Shown here: in pieces, positions 36,131-46,750 of the stretch
Position numbering within the stretch: position 1 is the first letter of the stretch
Layout: every line of letters starts with the position of its first letter
Made by a program: the position numbers and the translations under genes
The notes under the pieces: model-generated
Database searches by the model: none
Told to the model about the DNA's origin: nothing
Seen by the model: only the letters and a program-made list of their open reading frames with translations
Assembly: GCA_045863235.1 (NCBI GenBank)
Contig: BTUM01000064.1
Location: forward strand, 1 to 46,839
DNA length: 46,839 bases
Direction of reading: 5' to 3'
From: Candidatus Xenobia bacterium
GTDB lineage: Bacteria; Vulcanimicrobiota; Xenobia; Xenobiales; QWHO01

Positions 36131-36922
36131 TTGGAAGTCAAGCTCAAGCCCTCCGACCTGGTGGTGGTGCTGGTCACCCCGCAGGGAGACGCCAACGTCG
36201 GGGCCGTGGCCCGCAGCATGTCATGCTTTGGGGTGCGCGAGCTCGTGCTGGTGAGCCCTCGCCGGCCGCCCGGCGAGGAAACCTACAACTGGGCGGTGCA
36301 CGGCAAGAAGGTGCTGGACCGCTGCCGCACCGTGGCCACGCTGGGCGAGGCTCTCACCGACGTCAACCTGTCGCTGGGCCTCACCCGCCGCAGCGGCAAG
36401 CGGCGCCACCGCCTGTCCAGCTCGCGGGCGGCGGCCGAGCGCATCCTGCCGCGCTACCTCCCGGCCCGGGTGGCCCTGGTCTTCGGCAACGAGGAGAGCG
36501 GCCTGTCGCGGGCGGACCTTGATCTGTGCCACCGGCGAGTGCAGATTCCCACCCATCCCGAGCACGGCTCGCTCAACCTGGCCCACGCCGTGACGGTGAT
36601 GCTCTACGAGCTGTTGGGACGGGGCCGGCCCACCGCCTCCTTCAAGGCTGCCCGGCCCGCCAGCCCTTCCGCCCGGGCCGGCATGCTGGCCGAGATACGG
36701 GCGGGACTTTCGGCCACCGGCTACCCGGCCCACGGGGACCCGCTGGAGGAGGAGATGGGCAAGCTCTCGGACATCCTCAACCGGGCCGCTCTGGAAGACT
36801 GGGAAGTCAACTTCTTGCTGGGGATCGTCCACCACCTGAAGAGCCGGGCGGTGAATTTATCTCAAATTCGGCAGGTGGGGACCGAACAGGAAGCGAATTC
36901 CGGTCAACTGAGCGAGGCCTGA
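36131..36922 (+). CDS. trmJ: TrmJ/LasT-family SPOUT RNA methyltransferase
   Basis: VVLV.P....NVGAVARSM..FG, ALVFGNEESGL, IPT......SLNLAHAV. Confidence 0.88.
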   Translation: MEVKLKPSDLVVVLVTPQGDANVGAVARSMSCFGVRELVLVSPRRPPGEETYNWAVHGKKVLDRCRTVATLGEALTDVNLSLGLTRRSGKRRHRLSSSRAAAERILPRYLPARVALVFGNEESGLSRADLDLCHRRVQIPTHPEHGSLNLAHAVTVMLYELLGRGRPTASFKAARPASPSARAGMLAEIRAGLSATGYPAHGDPLEEEMGKLSDILNRAALEDWEVNFLLGIVHHLKSRAVNLSQIRQVGTEQEANSGQLSEA

Positions 36923-37035
36923 CGCAAGCCCTCTCGCCAGAAACATCCTCCCCCGGGTCGGGGAGCTTGTCGGCAGGCCGCGAAGGAGCATAAAGAGACC
37001 GGCCTGGCCGGTTTTTTCCAGTACGAGGCCCGTCT

Positions 37036-40000
37036 TTGGCCAAGAACTTGAGAGGAAATCCACCGGGCGACGACCTGATCGAGACTCGCCCGCGCCGGTC
37101 GTCGCGGGGTTCCGCTGCGGCCTCCTCTCCTGCTGCCCTGACAGCCGAAGAGCTTCAGCAAGCTCTGCGCGACTCCGAACGCCGCTACCGGAAGCTGGAG
37201 AAGCAGCTGGCCGAATCGCAAGAGCAAGCTCAGGGCCACGAGGCGACCGCTGAGAAACTCAAGAAAGCCCTGGTGGCCGCCCGACAAGAGCTCAAGCGCA
37301 CCGAGGAGACCGCCCAAAAATACTCCGAACGGGTCGAGAAACTGCAAGAGCGGCGCAAAGGCGCCAACATCGAGCTCGAGCAGACCCGTGGTGAGCTCGA
37401 GCAATCCCAGGCCCGCCTGGCCAAGGTAGAGGCCGCCTTCCAGCGGAGCGCCGAGCAACTCGAGGAGTTCCAATCGCAGATCGACGGCCTCTGCGATCAG
37501 CTCGACGAAGCTTACAACGAGCTGAGCCTGCTCCAGGAGCAGATGGCCGAGAAGGAGGGCCAGGCCACCGGCGAGCTGCAGAGCCGCCTGGCGGAGCTCG
37601 AGAGCCAGCTCAGCTCGCGCGAGGCCCGCCTGGGCGAGCTGCAGGAGAGCCTGAGTCAGCGCGAGACCAGCATCCACCAGCTGGAAGAGGAGGTGGCGCG
37701 CGTTCAGGCCCTGCTGCGCGAGAGCCAGCTCGACAGGGAATCCCAGGAAGAGAAACTGGCACTCCTCGAGCAGCGCCTGGAGGCCAAAGAGCGCCAGGCA
37801 GAAGCGCTGGAAACGAGCCGCTTCGAGCTGGAAGTCGCCCTGATCAACCTCCAGGGTGAGCTGAACGAAGGCCAGATCGACGCTCGACGGCGGCTGGCCC
37901 AGCTGGAGGCCCAGACGGGCAGTCGCATCCAGGCCCTGGAGGTGCTGGCCCGCGAGCGCGAGGAGCGCATCCAGGTTCTGGAGCGCTCCATGATGGAGGC
38001 CAGCCTGGTCATGGAGCAGGCCGAGCGGCTCATCGGCGGCCTGGAGACCGTGCGCGACCGCTCCCAGGAGAGGGTGCAGGGCCTGGAGCAGTGCCTGGTG
38101 GAGGCCACTACCGTGATGACCTCCGCCAGCCTGCGTCTGGACGGTTTGGGGACTTATCTCAACGAGGCCAGCCTGGTGATGAGCGCCTCGGATCGCGCCC
38201 TGGCCAACCTGGGGGGCCAGATCAGCGGTCTGGAGCTGGTGCTGGCCGAAGCCCAGGAGGAGGCCGCCCAGCGAGCCATCGAGCTGGACGCCCTGGAGCA
38301 GAACCTGGCCTCGCGCCATCAAGACATCCATCGTCTGGACCAGCGGGTGGCCGAGTTGCTGGGTGCCATCGATCAACGCGACGAGAGCCTGGCGGTGGTC
38401 AACGAGAACCTGTTGCGCACCTCCGAGCAGGCCAGCGACCTCAAAGCCCGGCTGGAGGCCAGCGCCAACGTCAACGTCGAGCTGAGCGGGCGCCTCTCGA
38501 TCCGCGACAGCCGCATCCGGGTGCTCAACGAGGCCAACGACACCCTGCAACTCGAGCTCTACGAGTCGCGCATGCTGATCGCCGAGCTGGAGCAGCAGCT
38601 CGAGGAGGCACGGGCCGAGCTGGCTGGCTCCAAGCAACAGATCGGCGAGTTGGAGGCCCTGCTGGCCGAGCGCGAAGACGAGATCGGCCAGCTGCAGCAC
38701 GCCCTGGACGAGGCCGGAGCCGAGTCGGTGGCCCTGGCCGAGCGGGTGGCCGAGCTCTCGGCCCTGCACGAGGCCGAGCAGGCTCGGGCTGCAGGCCTTC
38801 AGCAGGAGCTGACCAGCACCACCCGCCAGCGCGAAAACGCCCGCGAGGAGGCCTCCGAGCTGGAATCGGCCCTGCACGAAATGCAGGATACGCTGGAGGC
38901 GACGCGCCACGACCTGGAGAGCGAACGCGCTCAGCTGGCCCAGGCCAGCTCCGAGGTGACGCGACTGGAATCGCGGCTGAGCGCTCGCGAGCAAGAGCTC
39001 CAGGCCACCACCGACCAGCTGGGGCACTTCTACAAGCTCAACGCCGAGCAAGAGAAGAAGCTCGCCACCCGCGAAGGCCGCATCAAACTGCTCGAGCAAA
39101 AGCTGCAGAAGGTCGTGGCCGAGCTGCTCAAGAGCCGCCAGAAGGTGACCGGGCTCGAGCAAGAGGTCAAGGGCCGGGCCCAGCGCATTTTCCAGGTCGA
39201 GTCCGAGCTCAAGGCTCAAAACGAGAAGGTGGTCCGGCTCGAAAGCGAGCTGGCCCGGCTGGAAGAGCTCGAGAACGAGATCACCCGGCTGCACCAGAGC
39301 CACGACGAGCTGGAGGGCTCGCTCAACCGCTCGCGCGAGCAGGCCGAAGACCTGTCCGATCAGTTGGAGATCGCCCGCCAGCAAGTGGTGGAGCTGGACG
39401 AGCAGCTTTCCTCGGCCCAGGCCGACGCGGATGCCACCCGCCAGCGGCTCGAGCAAGCCCAGAGCGAGCTGGAGGGGTCCATGGCCCGGGCCCAGCAGCT
39501 CGACCAGGATCTCGGCCGGGCCCGCCAGGAGCTCGAGCAGGCGCGCGAGCGCGAGACGGTCACCCAGATGCAGGTCCAGAGCCTGGAGGAGGGCATCCTC
39601 GAGCTGGAGTCGGCCCTGCACGACCTCAATGCCGAGTCCGAGAAGGACAAGGAGAGCATCCAGGCGCTGGAGATCGAGCTGGCCGAGCGTCGAGCCGAGC
39701 GCGAGCGCCTGGCCGCCGAGCTCGAGCAGGAGCAGGAGCGCCGGGGGGTGTCCGACAGCCAGGTGACCGCCCTGGAAGAGACCGTGGGCGAGCTGGAGAC
39801 AACGCTCTACGATCAGCGCTCCGAGCTTTCCGAGGCTCGCGGCCAGCTCGAGCAGAGCCGCGCCCGGGTCGAGTCGCTCGAGCAACAGCTCGTCGCGCTG
39901 GAAGGCTCCACGGCCGAGCAGGTGGCCCAGTTCTACAAGCTGACGGGCGAGCAAGAAAGAAAGATCGAAGAGCGCGATCTCAAGTTGCGGGCCCTGGCCC

Positions 40001-43000
40001 AGAAGCTGGTGCAGACCAGCAACGCCCTCAAGAAGTCGCAAACCGAAGGCGAGACGCGCGCCCGCCAGCTGACCCAGCTGGCCCAGGCCCTGGACGCTCG
40101 CAACAAGTCGTTGCACGAGACAGAAGAGCAGCTCACCGAACTGGACAACCTGCTCAACGAGCGCCAGGAGCACCTGGAGGTGCTGGAAAGCCAGCTGGCC
40201 GAGTCGCAGAGCGAGCAGGAGGGGCTCCGCGAGCGGGCTCATCAGCTGGAGGAGCAGCTCGGCGAGCAGAAGGGCTTGATGGAACTCTTCCAGACCGAGC
40301 TCGACGAGCAGCGGGGCAAGCTCGATGCCCAGGCGACCGAGCTCGAGCAACGCGCTTACCAGCTCGAAGAGGAGACCACGCGCCGCGAGCTGATCGAGGC
40401 CGAGCTGGAGGAGACGCAGGCCGCCCGAGCCGAGCTGGAGAGCCGCCTGGCCGGTCTGGAGCAAGAGCTTAGCCGCGAGCGCGCTCAACTCGCGCAGCTG
40501 AGCGAGCAAATGGAAACCGAGCGCGAGCGCCGCTCGCTCTCTGAAGAGCAGGTCTCCGAGCTGGAAGTGGCCCTGGGCGACTTTGAGCAGGACCTGAGCA
40601 AGGAGCGCCTGGAGCACAACCGGGCCGCGGCCCGGGTCGCCGAGCTGGAGGCTCAGCTGGCCAGCACCCAACAGCAGCTGGCCGATTTCTATCGCCATCA
40701 GCAAGAGCAAGAGAAGAAGCTGGAGGTGCGCGACAGCCAGATCAAGGCGCTGGCGGCCCGGGCCCAGCAGACCGAGGAACGGCTGGTGGCCAGCGAGACC
40801 CGCCTCAAAGAGGTGGAAGGGGCTCTGATTGAGCGCTCCCAGTACACCAGCGCCCTGGAAGTCGACCTCAAGAAGATCAAAGTGGCCCTGGTGCAGCGTG
40901 CCCGCGGTCTGGAGGAGGCCGAGGGCCAGCTGGCCGAGATGGACCAGCTGCTCAACGAGCGCCAGGAGCAGCTCGATCACCTCAGCGGGGCCCTGGAGGA
41001 GGCGCGCACCCTGCACCAGCAGCTCGAGACCGAGCTGGAGGCCCGCATCGCCGATCTCCAGAGCAAGCTCGAATCCGAGCGCGAGCGCCGCGAGCTGGCC
41101 GACGAAACGGTGCAGGCCCTGGAGGTCTCCCTCAACGACCTGGAGAGCGATCTGGGCCAGGAGCGCCGGGGACATCGAGCCGTCAGCGAGCAGCTCTCCG
41201 AGCTGCAGGGCAGGTTCCAGGCCCTGGAAGAAGAGCTCGCTCAGTTCAAACGCCAGAACAGCGAGCAAGAGAAGCTCCTGGGCGTGCGGGATAACCGTAT
41301 CCACGCCCTGGAGAACAAGACCCGCGAGCTGGCGGAGAAACTGGTCTCCAGCAACGCCCGGGTCAAGGACCTGGACAACGGAGTCAACCAGCGCGAGCGC
41401 CAGATCGAGACCCTGGACGCCGATCTGAAGAAGATCAAGATCGCGCTGGTACAGAAGGCCCGGGGACTGGATGAGGCGGAGACACAGATCCGCGAGCTGA
41501 ATGCCCAGCTCAACGAACGCCAGGAGATGCTCGAGGCCCTGGAGATCTCTCTGGGCGAGTCGCAAAGCCAGCAACGCAGGCTGTCGGAGCGGCGCGACGA
41601 GCTGAGCCAGACGGTCGAGCGACTCGAGCACGAGCTGGAGACCCAGCGCGAGCACCGCCAGATGGCCGAGGAGCAGGTCGAGGCCCTGGAGGGCTCGCTG
41701 GCCGAGCTGGAGGACATGCTGTCCGACGAGCGGCGCAAGCTGACTGAGCGCAGCGAGGCGCTCAGTGCCTCCGAGCAGACTCTGGCCCGGGCGCTCGAGC
41801 GCGAGAGCGAGCTGAACCAGCGCGTCGAAGGCGTCCAGCAGCAACTGGCCGAGTTCTACAAGCTGACTCAGGACCAGGAAGGCAAGCTGGCCGACCGGGA
41901 CGCGCGGGTGGCCGCCCTGGAGCAGAGAGGGGCTCAGCTGGCCGAGGCGCTGGGAGCCGTGCAGGCCAAGAGCAAAGAGCTGGCCAGCCTGGTGGTGCAG
42001 AAAGACAGCGAGCTCAAGCGCGTCAAGATCGGCCTGGTCACCAAGGCTCGCGGGCTGGACCAGGCCGAACAGCGTCTCAAGGCGCTGGAAGAGGATCTGC
42101 GCCAGCGCGAGGAGCGGTTGGGAGCGCTGGCCGAGGACTTGCGGGCCTCGGCCCGGGCCCACGGTGAGTTGAGTGAGCGCAGCCGCGAGCTGGAGGCCGA
42201 GCTGGAGGCTCGCTCCGAGCAGTTGAGCCGGGTCACTGGAGATCTGGCCTCCGAGCGCGAGCAGCGCCAGGTGGCCGAGGAAACCGTGACCGCCCTGGAA
42301 GTCGCCCTGTCCGAGCTGGAAGGCGAGCTCTCGGGCGAGCGCAAACGGCTGGCCGCGCGCGAGGTCGAGCTCAAAGAAAGCGCTTCCCAGCGCGAAGCCG
42401 AATTGAACGCTCGGCTCGGAGCGCTGGCCGAGGAGCTGGAGCAAACCCGCAGCGAGCTGGGCGAGCAGGTTGCCTCCCGCGACCTGCGCATCAAGAGCCT
42501 CGAGCAGAAGACCATGCAGGTGGTCGAGAAGCTCAAACAGACCGCGGCCCGGGCCAGCGAGCTGGAAAGCGAGCTGAAGACCCGCAACGAGGCGGCCGAG
42601 CAGCTCGAGGAGGCCCTCAAGGCCCTGCGCGGCGTGCTGGAGGACCGCCAACAGCAGCTTGCCCGCATGCACAAGGAGCTGGAGGCCAGCCGGGCCCAGA
42701 ACCTGAGCCAGCAGCGTCAGCGCGAAGAGCTGGAGAGCTCGCTGCAACTCCAGACCTCGGAGCTGGCCGGCGAGCGCGAGCAGCGCCAGGTGGCCGAAGA
42801 TCAGGTCACCGCCCTGGAAGCGGCCCTGGCCGAGCTGGAGGGGGAGCTGGCTGGCGAGCGCAAGCGATTTGCCAGCGAGAGCAGCCAGTCTTCCCAGCGC
42901 GAATCCGAGCTGGCCGAGCAGGTGGAGGAGCTGGCCAACGAGCTGCAACGGGTCGAGGAGGCTCGTCGCGGCGAGAAGCGCGAGCGGGTCGAGCTGGAAA

Positions 43001-45972
43001 CCCTGCTGGCCTCGCGCGAGAGCCGCATCAAGAGCCTGGAGCAGAAGACCCTGCAGGTTCTAGACAAGCTCAAGCATAGCTCAACCCGCGTGAACGAGCT
43101 GGAGGGCCGGGTCAAGGTGGCCGAGCGACTGGAGGTCGAGCTGACCGAGTTGCGCGCCGAGCTGTCCCAGAAGTCCGCCGAGCTGAGCAAGACGCGCGAG
43201 CAGCTGGCCGAGCTGGAAGCCAACCTGGCCCGCCAGGAGGCCCTCAGCCGGACCGCAGCCGAGGAGTTGCGCGAGAAGCTCACCGAGAGCGGTCAGGAGC
43301 TGGAGACCCGCTCAGCCCTGTTGCGCGAGCTGACCGCCGAGCTGGCGGCCGAGCGCGAGCACCGCCAGCTGGCCGACGAGCAGGTACTGGCCCTGGAGCA
43401 GGCCATGGCCGAGCTGGAAACCGACCTGGCCGCCGCCCGGCACGGCTCGGCCGAGCAGGCCGAGGTGGAGAGCGGCCTGCGCTCGCAGATCAGGCAATTG
43501 ACGGCCTCCCTGGACCACCTGGAAAAGGAGCGTCAGGCCGGCGAGCTCGAGCGCGAGCAGCTCAAAGAGGTTGTGAGCGCCCGCGAGACGCGCATCAAGA
43601 GCCTGGAGCAGAAGACGCTGCAGGCCCTGGAGAAGCTCAAACAGACCAATGCCCTGGTGCGCGACCAGGAATCCCGGCTCAAGGCCGCAACCAGGCAGGA
43701 CGAGGCTCGCCAGGCCACCTTGCAGAAGCTGGAGGTGGAGCTGGAGGAGCTGCGCCAGGAGCTCTCGCGGCGCGGCCACGAGCTCGAGCAGAGCCAGGAG
43801 CGTCTGCGCCAGACCGAGAGCTCTCTCGAGAGCACCAGGGCCGAGTCGGAGCAGCTGCGCAGCGAGCTCACCAGCGAGCTGCAGAATCGGTCGGGAGAGC
43901 TGAAAGACCGGGCCCAGCAACTGCTCGGGCTGCAAACCGACCTGCGTCAGGAGCGCGAGCAGCGGCAACTGGCCGAAGAGCAGGTGCTGGCGCTGGAGCA
44001 CGCCCTGGCCGACACCGAGACCCAGCTGCGCCGAGCCCAGGGCATCAACCGCGAGCACGAGACGCGCCAGCAAGATGCGCTGGGCGACTTTGACCGACAG
44101 CGCCGCCAGTTCGAAGGCCGCCTGCATGACCTGGCCCAGGAGCGAGAGGAGCTCCAGTCCCGCCTGACCGAGCTGGAGGGCGAGCGAGCCGGGCTGGCCG
44201 CGCAGCTTCGCCAGGGCCAGAGCGAGCGAGACGAGCTCCAGACGCGCCTGGCCAATCTGGAGACCCAGGTGAAGGCCACTTCGGACCAGTTGGGCGAGTT
44301 TTACAAGCTGACCCAGGAGCAAGAGAAGCAGCTGGCCGAGCGCGACCTGCGCATCAAGGCGCTGGAACTTCGCGGCAGCGAGGTGGAGACACTCAAAAAG
44401 CAGAGCAATCAGCTGAAGGCGCGCCTGGTGCAGGCTTTGCGCGAGCTGAAAGAGACCCGGGCCGAGAGCGACAAGCTGCAGAGCGAGCTGAGCGAAACGC
44501 GCCGACTCAGCGCTGAGCAGCGAGCGCAGCGTCAAAAGCTTGAAACGACAGGAACCGAGCAGCTGGCCCAGCTGGAGCAGGAACGCGACCGCTCGCTGGC
44601 CCGGGTGCAGGAGCTGGAAGTGGAGGTCGCCCACCAGACCCGTCGGGCCGCCGAGCTCAGCACCGAGCTGAGCCGGCGCAACGCCCAGGCGGCCGAGCTG
44701 AGCGAAGAGCTGCAGGAGCGGGTCGGTCTGCAGGCTGAGCTCGAGCAGGCCCGCGAGACGATCAAGCTGATGAAGAGCGAGCAGCGCGACCTGCTCGAGG
44801 CCCGGTCCGAGTATGAACGAGAGCAGGTCGAGCTAGAGCGACGCGCTCACGAGCTGGCCGACCAGCTGGCCGACCGCGAACGTCAGCTCGAGCGCCTGGA
44901 GCTCGACCTGAAGAGACTTGGCCAGGCGGAGGACCGGGAAACGCTCGCCCTGGGCCGGGTGCTGAAGCTCGAGAAAGCACTCGAGCAGCTCAACCGGAAC
45001 CTGGCCTCGAGCAACCTGCGGGTGCGTGAGCTGGACGGCGCGTTGACCCAGCGCCAGCAAGAGAAGCTCGGGCTGGAAGAGCGACTGAGCGAGCGCCAGC
45101 GAGAGGTCAACGACCTGGCCAACCGGCTCAGCCAGGCCAGTGAAGCCCGGCTGCTCCTGGAGGCCGAGCTCGAAGAGCTGCGCCACCACTCATCGAGCGC
45201 GCGGGAAGAGCAGGCCAGGGTTTCCTTGCTCGAACGTCAGCTGAGCGACCGCGATCTCCGTCTGGCCGACCTCGAAAAGCAGCTGCGCGAGCGTTCCAGT
45301 GAGCTGGGCGAGCTTCAGGCCGAGATCTTGACCCTGCGCTCGCAGTCGGCCGGAGCCCGCAACAAACAGCAACAGGTGGAATCGGCTCTGGGTGAGCGAG
45401 TGGACGAGCTGCAACGCCAGGTCAGCCGTCTGCGCAACCAGCTCGAGGAGAACGAGCGCGAGTCGCGCGACCGGCTGGAGAAGCTGCACACCGCCCAGAA
45501 GCGCCTGAACGAGTTGGAGCAGCGCCAGGAGGAAGCCACCCGTCTGGAGTCCAGCGTGGGGGCCATGCAGACCAAGCTGCGTACGGCCGCCCAGGCCCTG
45601 ACCCAGGTCAAGCAGGAGCTGCAGAGCAAGGATCAGCAGCTCGATGACTCGGAAAGGGCCCGCCGCGAGATGGAGCAGACTCTGAAGCGCCGCAGCCAGG
45701 ACGTGGAAGAGCTCGAGAAGCAGGTCCTGGAGTTGACCGAACGTGCTTTTCAAGTCTCGGAGCAAGAAAGTGACGCCGCCCGGGCGCGCGAGAAGTTAGC
45801 CGCCCTGGAAGGCGAGCTGGCCGCCAGCCGCGAGCGCGAGGAGCGGCTGAAGGAGCAAGTGGAAGCCAGCCGAAGCACCGACATGGTACCGCGTCAGGAG
45901 CTGGAGAATCGCGACCGGCAGATCCGGGTTCTGGCAGCCAAGCTGCGCGAGACCATGAAGCGCAACAAGTAA
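37036..45972 (+). CDS. Giant (2978 aa) repetitive coiled-coil protein
   Basis: E/L/Q/R/A-dominated heptads, host-like codon usage, recurring long repeat modules; no Walker motifs, TM or signal peptide seen. Confidence 0.92.
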   Translation: MAKNLRGNPPGDDLIETRPRRSSRGSAAASSPAALTAEELQQALRDSERRYRKLEKQLAESQEQAQGHEATAEKLKKALVAARQELKRTEETAQKYSERVEKLQERRKGANIELEQTRGELEQSQARLAKVEAAFQRSAEQLEEFQSQIDGLCDQLDEAYNELSLLQEQMAEKEGQATGELQSRLAELESQLSSREARLGELQESLSQRETSIHQLEEEVARVQALLRESQLDRESQEEKLALLEQRLEAKERQAEALETSRFELEVALINLQGELNEGQIDARRRLAQLEAQTGSRIQALEVLAREREERIQVLERSMMEASLVMEQAERLIGGLETVRDRSQERVQGLEQCLVEATTVMTSASLRLDGLGTYLNEASLVMSASDRALANLGGQISGLELVLAEAQEEAAQRAIELDALEQNLASRHQDIHRLDQRVAELLGAIDQRDESLAVVNENLLRTSEQASDLKARLEASANVNVELSGRLSIRDSRIRVLNEANDTLQLELYESRMLIAELEQQLEEARAELAGSKQQIGELEALLAEREDEIGQLQHALDEAGAESVALAERVAELSALHEAEQARAAGLQQELTSTTRQRENAREEASELESALHEMQDTLEATRHDLESERAQLAQASSEVTRLESRLSAREQELQATTDQLGHFYKLNAEQEKKLATREGRIKLLEQKLQKVVAELLKSRQKVTGLEQEVKGRAQRIFQVESELKAQNEKVVRLESELARLEELENEITRLHQSHDELEGSLNRSREQAEDLSDQLEIARQQVVELDEQLSSAQADADATRQRLEQAQSELEGSMARAQQLDQDLGRARQELEQARERETVTQMQVQSLEEGILELESALHDLNAESEKDKESIQALEIELAERRAERERLAAELEQEQERRGVSDSQVTALEETVGELETTLYDQRSELSEARGQLEQSRARVESLEQQLVALEGSTAEQVAQFYKLTGEQERKIEERDLKLRALAQKLVQTSNALKKSQTEGETRARQLTQLAQALDARNKSLHETEEQLTELDNLLNERQEHLEVLESQLAESQSEQEGLRERAHQLEEQLGEQKGLMELFQTELDEQRGKLDAQATELEQRAYQLEEETTRRELIEAELEETQAARAELESRLAGLEQELSRERAQLAQLSEQMETERERRSLSEEQVSELEVALGDFEQDLSKERLEHNRAAARVAELEAQLASTQQQLADFYRHQQEQEKKLEVRDSQIKALAARAQQTEERLVASETRLKEVEGALIERSQYTSALEVDLKKIKVALVQRARGLEEAEGQLAEMDQLLNERQEQLDHLSGALEEARTLHQQLETELEARIADLQSKLESERERRELADETVQALEVSLNDLESDLGQERRGHRAVSEQLSELQGRFQALEEELAQFKRQNSEQEKLLGVRDNRIHALENKTRELAEKLVSSNARVKDLDNGVNQRERQIETLDADLKKIKIALVQKARGLDEAETQIRELNAQLNERQEMLEALEISLGESQSQQRRLSERRDELSQTVERLEHELETQREHRQMAEEQVEALEGSLAELEDMLSDERRKLTERSEALSASEQTLARALERESELNQRVEGVQQQLAEFYKLTQDQEGKLADRDARVAALEQRGAQLAEALGAVQAKSKELASLVVQKDSELKRVKIGLVTKARGLDQAEQRLKALEEDLRQREERLGALAEDLRASARAHGELSERSRELEAELEARSEQLSRVTGDLASEREQRQVAEETVTALEVALSELEGELSGERKRLAAREVELKESASQREAELNARLGALAEELEQTRSELGEQVASRDLRIKSLEQKTMQVVEKLKQTAARASELESELKTRNEAAEQLEEALKALRGVLEDRQQQLARMHKELEASRAQNLSQQRQREELESSLQLQTSELAGEREQRQVAEDQVTALEAALAELEGELAGERKRFASESSQSSQRESELAEQVEELANELQRVEEARRGEKRERVELETLLASRESRIKSLEQKTLQVLDKLKHSSTRVNELEGRVKVAERLEVELTELRAELSQKSAELSKTREQLAELEANLARQEALSRTAAEELREKLTESGQELETRSALLRELTAELAAEREHRQLADEQVLALEQAMAELETDLAAARHGSAEQAEVESGLRSQIRQLTASLDHLEKERQAGELEREQLKEVVSARETRIKSLEQKTLQALEKLKQTNALVRDQESRLKAATRQDEARQATLQKLEVELEELRQELSRRGHELEQSQERLRQTESSLESTRAESEQLRSELTSELQNRSGELKDRAQQLLGLQTDLRQEREQRQLAEEQVLALEHALADTETQLRRAQGINREHETRQQDALGDFDRQRRQFEGRLHDLAQEREELQSRLTELEGERAGLAAQLRQGQSERDELQTRLANLETQVKATSDQLGEFYKLTQEQEKQLAERDLRIKALELRGSEVETLKKQSNQLKARLVQALRELKETRAESDKLQSELSETRRLSAEQRAQRQKLETTGTEQLAQLEQERDRSLARVQELEVEVAHQTRRAAELSTELSRRNAQAAELSEELQERVGLQAELEQARETIKLMKSEQRDLLEARSEYEREQVELERRAHELADQLADRERQLERLELDLKRLGQAEDRETLALGRVLKLEKALEQLNRNLASSNLRVRELDGALTQRQQEKLGLEERLSERQREVNDLANRLSQASEARLLLEAELEELRHHSSSAREEQARVSLLERQLSDRDLRLADLEKQLRERSSELGELQAEILTLRSQSAGARNKQQQVESALGERVDELQRQVSRLRNQLEENERESRDRLEKLHTAQKRLNELEQRQEEATRLESSVGAMQTKLRTAAQALTQVKQELQSKDQQLDDSERARREMEQTLKRRSQDVEELEKQVLELTERAFQVSEQESDAARAREKLAALEGELAASREREERLKEQVEASRSTDMVPRQELENRDRQIRVLAAKLRETMKRNK

Positions 45973-45985
45973 GCCGGAGGGGCAG

Positions 45986-46750
45986 ATGGGCTACGCTCCC
46001 GAATTGCTGGAAGCTGTCCGCAAGATTCTCAACGAGACCCGCCAGGACCGCCTGTGCCGCGAGTACCTGGCCAGCCACCCCAGTCCCTCCGGGTTGGGTC
46101 CGTTTCTGGGCTCGATCGAGCCGGCTTTCCTGTTTCTGGGCCTCAACCCGGCCGGCTATGACGTGGCCGAGTACCCGTCGGGTGCGGAGGACTACCTCGA
46201 CTTTGCCACCCGCTACTTCAAGCAGAAAAACACCGACAAAGCCAGCTTTGCGGCCTATCTGCCCTATGCCTCCATCAACACGGCCGACTACGAGACCTTC
46301 GGCGAGGTCGCCATGGCCGCTCACGTGGTGCCCATCCCGACCAAGCGCGCCAATGAGATCCCGCCCCGCCTGCTGACCCCCTGCTGGGCGCGCACGATGA
46401 AGCTGGTGGCGGCGGTTCGCCCCAAGCTGGTGCTGGTGCACGGTGCGGCGGTGTGGAAGTTTTTGGCCGGCGTGGAAGAGTCAGGCGGACCCCAGCTCAC
46501 CCACCTGCCCGAGAGCCATAAGGTGGCCCTGAACACGCTGATCGAGACCGTGGAAGCGGACAAGCTTCCGTTCCAGAGCGGCTTTGCCGGCGCCCCGGAC
46601 GACTTCAAGCCGTGGCTGGTGGCGCTCCCTCACCTCGGGGGCGCGGGCGGCCCCAAGGCCCAGCGCGAGAAGCTCGACCGGGCCGTGCGCGAGGCACGCC
46701 GACTGATGCACGGCGTCAAGGCCGGGGTGCGCATCCGCAAGCCGGTCTGA
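45986..46750 (+). CDS. Hypothetical protein, uracil-DNA glycosylase-like superfamily candidate
   Basis: FLFLGLNPAG, VRPKLVLVHG, LPHLG motifs; GGAGG SD. Confidence 0.6.
   Translation: MGYAPELLEAVRKILNETRQDRLCREYLASHPSPSGLGPFLGSIEPAFLFLGLNPAGYDVAEYPSGAEDYLDFATRYFKQKNTDKASFAAYLPYASINTADYETFGEVAMAAHVVPIPTKRANEIPPRLLTPCWARTMKLVAAVRPKLVLVHGAAVWKFLAGVEESGGPQLTHLPESHKVALNTLIETVEADKLPFQSGFAGAPDDFKPWLVALPHLGGAGGPKAQREKLDRAVREARRLMHGVKAGVRIRKPV

Noticed and set aside
36904..42948. 2014-aa antisense ORF (and 43312-44634)
   Set aside because: Shadow of the GAG/CTG/CAG-rich coiled-coil gene in high-GC DNA; Leu-rich with no motifs.
37036..45972. SMC or phage tape-measure protein
   Set aside because: No Walker A/B or hinge, and no phage genes nearby.
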